The position numbers were made by a program, and so were the translations under genes. The notes beneath the pieces were generated by a model. The model made no database searches. It was not told the origin of the DNA and worked only from the letters and a program-made list of their open reading frames with translations. A stretch of DNA of 64,000 nt, from contig JAFTOU010000004.1 of NCBI GenBank assembly GCA_017463615.1, positions 29,319-93,318 on the forward strand, written 5' to 3'. This document shows, piece by piece, positions 57,615-64,000 of this stretch; position 1 is the first letter of the stretch, and every line of letters starts with the position of its first letter. The DNA comes from Alistipes sp. Lineage in GTDB: Bacteria; Bacteroidota; Bacteroidia; Bacteroidales; Rikenellaceae.

Positions 57615-59675
57615 ATGAAAAAATTTAGACTTTTACTTATGATGTCATCGTTGCTGGCACTGGTATGCTCTTTTACCGCCTGCAACACCGACATAACTGA
57701 TGATTATCCAGTAGTGTCGCTCTCTTTGGAGGCAGGCGAGGTTGAGGGTAATACACTTACCTTTACCGTTAAGGCTACAGGTGCAGACGATATCTACTAC
57801 TGGGTAGAGGCTGTTGAGGCTCCAGATGCACAGCCAGCAGAGGCTGCTGATGATGCAGAGGACGACAAGGAGAATCAGCTTGACCTGGAGGGCGCTTCTT
57901 ACCTCGACGCGCAGCCAGATCAGCCATTTGAGCAGGAGGTGACTGTGACTGTGAAGTACAACACCGAGTATGTTGTTCGCGCATTCGCAAAGAACTTCGC
58001 TCACAACGCTTATGCAAACGAGATTACTATGGCAACCGGCGCGGCTCCAGTAGTAGCACCAGCTCCAGAGGTTAGCGCAGAGGCTGACGAGGAGGAGGTT
58101 TACGAGGATAGCTTCCTTGTGTGGGTGACTACAAAGAACGCTGCTAAGGCTGCTTGGCTCGTAGTTCCTAAGTACACCGAGGGTGTAGACGCTGCTAAGG
58201 TTTTTGCTGAGGGTGTTGAGATCCCTGCTTCTGAGCTCAACGGCGAGGCTGCTGCTATCGTTGAGGACCTTACTCCAGATACAGAGTACGACTTCTACGC
58301 TGCTGCAGAGAATGTTGATGGCGTGCAGGTGCTGAGCGCTGTTGTCGCTGTAACTACTGCTAAGAAGGAGATTCCAGTACTTGAGTTCAACCCAACAGAG
58401 TTGATGAGCAATACGAATTTGTTCCAGTCTGCTTTAGCTCTGCCAGGCGCTTGGATTACACTTAGCAACCCACAGAATGGTGTGTCAGGTACGCTGTTTA
58501 TGTACGACCTCTCTACATACCCAGAGTATGCTGGTTACCTCTCTGATGGTGTTTATCCTGCACTTGGTGGTTCATTAGACGCTGGTTCTCTGCCACAGGC
58601 TACTTGTCTGCTCGCAGACCCTGGTTACACCAACTTTGTGGTAGGTGAGACTGAGTACTATCCAGTAGGCGATATGGGTGTAGATGGTGACGACAACCCT
58701 TACGGTGTTTCTATTATGACTCAGATGCCTAACGGTGTTGATAACAACCTGCTTGAGTTCAACATCCCAGTTCAGGATGCAAGTGGTAACCTTGCAATTC
58801 TCCGCGGGCAGTATATCGGCCCTCTCGGCTATAGCGTAACTCCTGCAACTATTGACCTCAGCCTTGCAGAATGGGGCTTTACTAAGTATGTTGCAACTGT
58901 TGAGGGCAACACTGTAACCCTTACAAGCTCATCTATTAACGGTAAGTTTGAGATGGTGCTGACAACTGAGAACGGCGACATCACCGAGGGCGCATTTATC
59001 GCTGGCGATGGTGAGGGTGCTAACATGACTGGTGGGTACACATCATTCGTTGAGACCGAGGAGTTCTTCGGCTTCATCAGCGGTCGTATCGCATTTGAGA
59101 AGGTAGACGATAACGGTAACTACAAGCTCTATGTAGCATACTCTCGCGAGGGTCAGGCTGCTACAGTGCCTGATTGGATTATGCAGGGTGCAAGCTGCGC
59201 ATACAAGATTCCAGCTCCAGAGGCAGGTTATGACATCACCATTGAGTGGCCAGCAGCCGAGGAGCCAGAGACTCTCTCTATTGACGGCAAGCAGTGGCAG
59301 CTCCCTGCAGAGGTTGTTATGAATGTTGTTGGCGCAGAGACTGTAGGCGTTGCAGACCTTGGCGTATCTGCACCTGGTCAGCTGCTCGTAGGCTTCAGCC
59401 TTGAGCCTTTATATGGCGCAGAGGCTGCAGGTCAGTGGCAGGTGATGATTGCTACAGCATACTCTGTAGAGGCTACAGATGCTACTTCTGGTAACATCGT
59501 ACTCACACAGACAAATATGTACGACGAGGTTACTACTACACTCCTTCCTTACAGCAACCTTACTGCTGAGAGTGTAACTATTGACTTCACAAATATGGGT
59601 GTTGGCGGTGTATCTAACTGCACCCTCTACACTGGCAATGCTCCATTGTCAGCTGGTGGTGGTATCGCACAGTAA
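57615..59675 (+). CDS. Acidic surface lipoprotein with fibronectin-III-like domains
   Basis: Lipobox SFTA-C; EDLTPDTEYDFYAAA and NTEYVVRAFA FN3-like strands; very acidic. Confidence 0.6.
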   Translation: MKKFRLLLMMSSLLALVCSFTACNTDITDDYPVVSLSLEAGEVEGNTLTFTVKATGADDIYYWVEAVEAPDAQPAEAADDAEDDKENQLDLEGASYLDAQPDQPFEQEVTVTVKYNTEYVVRAFAKNFAHNAYANEITMATGAAPVVAPAPEVSAEADEEEVYEDSFLVWVTTKNAAKAAWLVVPKYTEGVDAAKVFAEGVEIPASELNGEAAAIVEDLTPDTEYDFYAAAENVDGVQVLSAVVAVTTAKKEIPVLEFNPTELMSNTNLFQSALALPGAWITLSNPQNGVSGTLFMYDLSTYPEYAGYLSDGVYPALGGSLDAGSLPQATCLLADPGYTNFVVGETEYYPVGDMGVDGDDNPYGVSIMTQMPNGVDNNLLEFNIPVQDASGNLAILRGQYIGPLGYSVTPATIDLSLAEWGFTKYVATVEGNTVTLTSSSINGKFEMVLTTENGDITEGAFIAGDGEGANMTGGYTSFVETEEFFGFISGRIAFEKVDDNGNYKLYVAYSREGQAATVPDWIMQGASCAYKIPAPEAGYDITIEWPAAEEPETLSIDGKQWQLPAEVVMNVVGAETVGVADLGVSAPGQLLVGFSLEPLYGAEAAGQWQVMIATAYSVEATDATSGNIVLTQTNMYDEVTTTLLPYSNLTAESVTIDFTNMGVGGVSNCTLYTGNAPLSAGGGIAQ

Positions 59676-59690
59676 TCTGCGATACGGCAC

Positions 59691-59728
59691 AAAAAAATAG
59701 TCTCTCGGTTGAGAGACTATTTTTTTTA
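59691..59728. terminator. Bidirectional intrinsic terminator
   Basis: aaaaaaatagtctctc-ggtt-gagagactattttttt; followed by a heptamer array at ~59730-59765. Confidence 0.8.
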
Positions 59729-59763
59729 TAGCCAATGGCTAAAAGCCAATAGCTAATGGCCAA

Positions 59764-60306
59764 TTAGTGGCAGCCGCCGCAGTCGCAGCCCTCGCCGCAC
59801 TCGTGCTCACCGCAATCGTGGTCGCCACAGCCGCAGCCGCACTGACCCTGAAGGTCCTCAGGGGTAACATCGCGAACAGAGACAATCTCAACATCAAAGT
59901 TGAGGGTCTTGCCTGCCATAGGGTGGTTGAAGTCCATAGTTACAGTCTCCTCCTTAACCTCGCGGATGATACCGTTCATACGGTGACCCTCGGCGTCTGA
60001 CATAGGCACGATATTGCCAACGAAGAGGATATCCTCGGCAATCTTGCCGTCAATCATAAAGATATTCTTTGGCAGCTCTACGATTGCCTCAGCGATAACC
60101 TCGCCGTAGCCATCTGCTGGCTCAAGGGTAAATGATACCTTCTCGCCTGGCTCCTTGCCCATCAGCGCGCCCTCAAACTTAGGCAGCAGCATACCTGCGC
60201 CACATACAAACTCCAGTGGCTTGCCCTCTGGGTTCTGATCTGCAATCTGACCGTCTACGGTAAGGGTATAGTTTACCGCAACCATCTTACTGTTCTCTAC
60301 TTTCAT
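59764..60306 (-). CDS. slyD: FKBP-type peptidyl-prolyl isomerase SlyD with Cys/His-rich tail
   Basis: LEPADGYG, DFNHPMAGKTLNFDVEI motifs; tail CGCGCGDHDCGEHECGEGCDCGGCH. Confidence 0.9.
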   Translation of the reverse strand: MKVENSKMVAVNYTLTVDGQIADQNPEGKPLEFVCGAGMLLPKFEGALMGKEPGEKVSFTLEPADGYGEVIAEAIVELPKNIFMIDGKIAEDILFVGNIVPMSDAEGHRMNGIIREVKEETVTMDFNHPMAGKTLNFDVEIVSVRDVTPEDLQGQCGCGCGDHDCGEHECGEGCDCGGCH

Positions 60307-60348
60307 TGTCTTTCTATTTAATTGTTTTGGTTTGCAAATATAGTGCTT

Positions 60349-61215
60349 TTATTTTGATTTACGATAGCGGCCCGAAAAATCTTCGGAGTTGTAAATCTCA
60401 AGGTAGTAGTACGACGCATCCTCGCTGATGTCAACAGTGGCGGAGCTGTCGTAGCCGATAGATAGTTTCTTGCCGTTGAGAGAGTAATCATAGCGCATAT
60501 CTGCTCCATACTTGGTCTGAATAGCTGCGCCGTACTTAGTGAGTTCAAGATTAAACTCCTGGCCATCTAAAGGTTTCCACTTGCCTACAATATTCTCAGC
60601 GTATACAGAGGTATCAAGAGGCCTCATTGCAATCTTGCGAGGCTGAGATACGCGCTTGTATTTACCAGAGAAGTCGGTAGTGTTAAATAGCTCTAAGTAG
60701 ACTACTCCATCCTCTTTGGTTATCTCAAATTTTGCATTGCTGTCGTATCCGATATCTATCCTCTTACCCTTTATGGCGTATCTATATCGCATTTTTACGC
60801 CATACTTGGTCTGGATAGCACAACCGTACTTGCTAATCTCCAACGGGTACTGGCTACCCTCTACAGGAGTCCATTGTCCAATAATCTCGCGGGCATAGTC
60901 AATGCTCTGAGCTGCAGGCTGCTCGGAAGGTGCAGGAGCAGGAGCAGGAGCAGGTGCAGGAGCAGGGGTTGCCTCCTCTGTCTTCTCTGCCTCCTCTGCC
61001 TTCTCAGCCTTCTGGGCGGCCTTCTGCTCAGCCCTCTCCGCCTTTTTGGCGGCGCGCTGCTCGCGCTTAGAGGTTGGCGCAGGGGTAGCAGGCTGCTCCA
61101 CAACGGTGGTAGGCTCTGCACTCTCAGCCTCCGTAGGCTCGCGAAGCTCAAAGAAGCAGGCGATGACAAATGCCCAAGCGAGGGATGTCAGTAGTACGGT
61201 AAGGATAGTACGCAT
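60349..61215 (-). CDS. Membrane-anchored hypothetical protein with Ala/Glu/Lys/Pro linker and two tandem lipocalin-like domains
   Basis: N-terminal hydrophobic segment; (PA)n linker; two repeats of I.G.W.P..G....LE..KYG.AIQTKYG..MRY.Y...GK...IGYDS...YLE..N..DFSG.Y. Confidence 0.55.
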   Translation of the reverse strand: MRTILTVLLTSLAWAFVIACFFELREPTEAESAEPTTVVEQPATPAPTSKREQRAAKKAERAEQKAAQKAEKAEEAEKTEEATPAPAPAPAPAPAPSEQPAAQSIDYAREIIGQWTPVEGSQYPLEISKYGCAIQTKYGVKMRYRYAIKGKRIDIGYDSNAKFEITKEDGVVYLELFNTTDFSGKYKRVSQPRKIAMRPLDTSVYAENIVGKWKPLDGQEFNLELTKYGAAIQTKYGADMRYDYSLNGKKLSIGYDSSATVDISEDASYYYLEIYNSEDFSGRYRKSK

Positions 61216-61230
61216 AGCAGTTACACTCTG

Positions 61231-64000
61231 TTAGTCGTTATTTACAGCCACCAGATTTCTATCGCCATAGCCGTTGTCAATCTTAGAGACATACGGGAAG
61301 AACTTAGACGCTCCGACCCACTCAAGAGGGAAGGCGGCCTGCTGGCGGGAGTATGGGTGGTTCCACTCGCCCGCAAGCTCGGATGCGGTATGAGGGGCGT
61401 TGGCAACAACATTATCTGTCTCGCCCGCGATAGCCTCGCACTCGCGCTTGATAGCCACCAGAGCCTCAATAAAGCGGTCCATCTCTGCCTTTGGCTCACT
61501 CTCGGTAGGCTCTACCATCAGAGTCTCGTGAACAGGGAAGGAGAGGGTAGGTGCGTGGAAGCCGTAGTCCATAAGTCGGTGGGCGATATCGCCACAATCT
61601 ACGCCATACTCGCGCTTGAAGTGGGTCAAATCGAGAATCATCTCGTGTGCCACGCGGCCAGTCTCGCCAGAGTAGTAGGTGCGGAACTCATCCTTGATAG
61701 CCGAGGCCATATAGTTGGCATTGACGATAGCCATCTCGGTAGCGGTACGCAGACCCTCCTCGCCCAGCATCTTGATATATCCGTAGGTGATTGGTAGCAG
61801 CATAGCCGAGCCCCAAGGAGCTGACGAAACGGCTGTAATGCCCTGCTCGCCACCAGTAGCGACAACAGAGTGTGAAGGGAGGAATGGTGCCAAGTGCTTA
61901 GCGCAGCAGATAGGGCCTACGCCAGGGCCACCACCGCCGTGAGGCATAGCGAAGGTCTTATGCAGGTTGAGGTGGCAGACATCTGCGCCGATGAAGCCAG
62001 GGTTGGTAAGGCCCACCTGAGCGTTCATATTTGCGCCGTCCATATATACCTCACCGCCCGCATCGTGAACAGCGTCCACAATCTCGCGGATGCGGCTCTC
62101 AAAGACGCCGTGGGTAGATGGGTAGGTGACCATCAGGGCGCAGAGCTCGGCAGAGTACTGCTCAGCCTTAGCCTTAAGGTCGTCTACATCAATATTTCCG
62201 TTGCTATCGCAAGCCACAGTGACAATCTTCATGCCCGCCATAGCTGCCGAGGCTGGGTTTGTGCCGTGAGCCGATGCAGGGATAAGCACCACATTGCGGT
62301 AGCCCTGGCCGCGGCTCTGGTGGTATGCGCGGATAACCATAAGTCCTGCATACTCGCCCGCAGCGCCCGAATTTGGCTGCAGAGAGCAGGCGTCAAAGCC
62401 CGTAATTACGGCGAGGTCGCGCTCAAGCTCCTCAATAAGCTGGAGGTAGCCCTCGGTCTGGTCGGCAGGGGCGAATGGGTGTACATTCTGGAAGCCCGCA
62501 AGCGAGAGTGGCTGCATAATAGCCGCCGCGTTGAGCTTCATAGTACAGCTACCGAGAGAAATCATTGAGTTTGCAAGCGAGATATCGCGCAGTTCAAGGC
62601 GCTTGATATATCGCATCAAGTCGCTCTCCGAGCGGTAGCGGTTGAATACCGGCTCGGCAAGCAGAGGCGTGGTACGGCGCAGCTCCGCAGGGATGTTATG
62701 GTTTGCGGCAATCATCAGCTCGCCCATCTCAACGCCCGCAGCAGTGGCGAAGATGCTGATAACAGAGACAATCTCCTCAATGGTAGTAACCTCGTCAAAG
62801 GCGATGCGGACAACATCCTCTGCAGGGTAGTAGAAGTTGATGCCACTCTCCAGAGCGATAGACTCCACAACGGCAGCGTCGGCAACGACCTCAATGGTAT
62901 CAAAGAAGTTCTCCGAGACAATCTCGTAGCCCATATCCTGAAGATTCTTAGCCACCGAAACAGCGGCGGTATGAGCCGTCATAGCTGCGCGGGTAAGACC
63001 CTCAGCGCCATTATAGACGCAGTGGAAGCCGACGATAGAGGCCATAAGAGCCGAGGCGGTACAGATGTTTGATGTTGCGCGCTCGCGCTTGATATGCTGC
63101 TCGCGCATCTGGAGCGACATACGCAGAGCCTTATTGCCCAGGCGGTCTACAGATACGCCGATGATTCGTCCCGGCATATTACGCTTGTACGCCTCGCGGG
63201 TAGCCATATAGCCTGCCGAAGGGCCTCCGAAGCCCATAGGGCAGCCCAGACGCTGGGTAGTACCTACGGCGATATCTGCGCCCCACTCGGCAGGAGGGGT
63301 AAGCAGTGCGAGAGAGAGCAAATCGGCATCTACAGCCACAAGAGCACCTACATCGTGGGCAGCAGCGACGAACGATGCGTAGTCGCGCACAGCACCATTA
63401 GCAGCAGGATACTGAAGGATAGCGCCGAACTCCTTGCCCGTGAAGGTGTAGTCGGCAAAGTCGTCTACGATAAGCTCAATGCCGAAAGGCTCGCTGCGGG
63501 TAAGCAGTACATCAAGCGTATGTGGGAAGATATTTTCGTCTACAAAGAGCTGGTTTCTGCCCTGCTTAACAGCCTCGCGCGAGCGGAGGGAGTACATCAT
63601 GAGCATAGCCTCAGCAACGGCAGTGCCCTGGTCAAGCAGCGAGCAGTTGGCAATCTCCATGCCCGTGAGCGAGCAGATGGCGGTCTGGTAGTTGAGCAGC
63701 GCCTCAAGACGACCCTGCGAAATCTCCGCCTGGTATGGGGTGTAGGAGGTGTACCACGCCGGATTCTCAAAGACATTGCGCATAATGGCTGCGCTGGTGG
63801 CGTTAGGGTAGTAACCCATACCGATGAAGGAGCGGTATGGCTCGTTCAGGTCGGCAAGCTCGCGAACATGCTGCGCGAACTCGTACTCGCTCATACCCTC
63901 AGCAAGCTCCAGCGGCTGCTCCAGACGGATATTGTCGGGAATAACCTGACCGATAAGCTCATCTACACTCTCTACGCCAATAGTCTGCAACATCTGACCA
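61231..64000 (-). CDS. gcvP: Glycine dehydrogenase (decarboxylating), glycine cleavage P protein; 5' end lies beyond the right edge
   Basis: YTPYQAEISQGRLE, REQHIKRERATSNICT, LGSCTMKLN, HLNLHKTF (PLP Lys), EPTESE motifs; the frame is still open at the window edge. Confidence 0.96.
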   Translation of the reverse strand, partial: GQMLQTIGVESVDELIGQVIPDNIRLEQPLELAEGMSEYEFAQHVRELADLNEPYRSFIGMGYYPNATSAAIMRNVFENPAWYTSYTPYQAEISQGRLEALLNYQTAICSLTGMEIANCSLLDQGTAVAEAMLMMYSLRSREAVKQGRNQLFVDENIFPHTLDVLLTRSEPFGIELIVDDFADYTFTGKEFGAILQYPAANGAVRDYASFVAAAHDVGALVAVDADLLSLALLTPPAEWGADIAVGTTQRLGCPMGFGGPSAGYMATREAYKRNMPGRIIGVSVDRLGNKALRMSLQMREQHIKRERATSNICTASALMASIVGFHCVYNGAEGLTRAAMTAHTAAVSVAKNLQDMGYEIVSENFFDTIEVVADAAVVESIALESGINFYYPAEDVVRIAFDEVTTIEEIVSVISIFATAAGVEMGELMIAANHNIPAELRRTTPLLAEPVFNRYRSESDLMRYIKRLELRDISLANSMISLGSCTMKLNAAAIMQPLSLAGFQNVHPFAPADQTEGYLQLIEELERDLAVITGFDACSLQPNSGAAGEYAGLMVIRAYHQSRGQGYRNVVLIPASAHGTNPASAAMAGMKIVTVACDSNGNIDVDDLKAKAEQYSAELCALMVTYPSTHGVFESRIREIVDAVHDAGGEVYMDGANMNAQVGLTNPGFIGADVCHLNLHKTFAMPHGGGGPGVGPICCAKHLAPFLPSHSVVATGGEQGITAVSSAPWGSAMLLPITYGYIKMLGEEGLRTATEMAIVNANYMASAIKDEFRTYYSGETGRVAHEMILDLTHFKREYGVDCGDIAHRLMDYGFHAPTLSFPVHETLMVEPTESEPKAEMDRFIEALVAIKRECEAIAGETDNVVANAPHTASELAGEWNHPYSRQQAAFPLEWVGASKFFPYVSKIDNGYGDRNLVAVNND

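Noticed and set aside
59764-59845. Cys/His-rich tail as a novel metal-binding peptide
   Set aside because: This is the known variable metal-binding tail of SlyD.

Overview
Chromosomal segment of a Bacteroidales bacterium, probably Rikenellaceae/Alistipes-like. The basis for that is TAnnTTTG promoters, A-rich initiation regions without Shine-Dalgarno motifs, futalosine-pathway mqnA/B/D and Btu surface lipoproteins. Most of the window is housekeeping: a P-type ATPase, pckA, hemW, a glycogen locus with a fused synthase-phosphorylase, cstA, corA, rlmN, tonB, hflX, upp, bglX, a ROK kinase, pepP, slyD and gcvP. It also holds a cobalamin-riboswitch-controlled btuJ-H-G-B locus and tRNA-Thr(CGT). The standout feature is a ~9.3 kb cluster of ten intact, co-oriented phage virion-like and lysis genes (32579-41920): tail-completion-like, distal-tail-like, hub-like, ClpP prohead protease, major capsid, tail-tube-like, portal, adaptor, holin and a P5-like lysin. 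No integrase, repressor, replication gene, terminase or tape measure is visible. Host palindromic repeats sit between its genes, and its last gene overlaps a housekeeping gene. It is a candidate domesticated, gene-transfer-agent-like system. Just upstream are a DnaA-box-like inverted repeat and a ~195-nt rod-shaped RNA candidate in the mqnA leader. At least three families of covarying palindromic intergenic repeats are dispersed through the window. All assignments come from motif reading only; no database searches were run.
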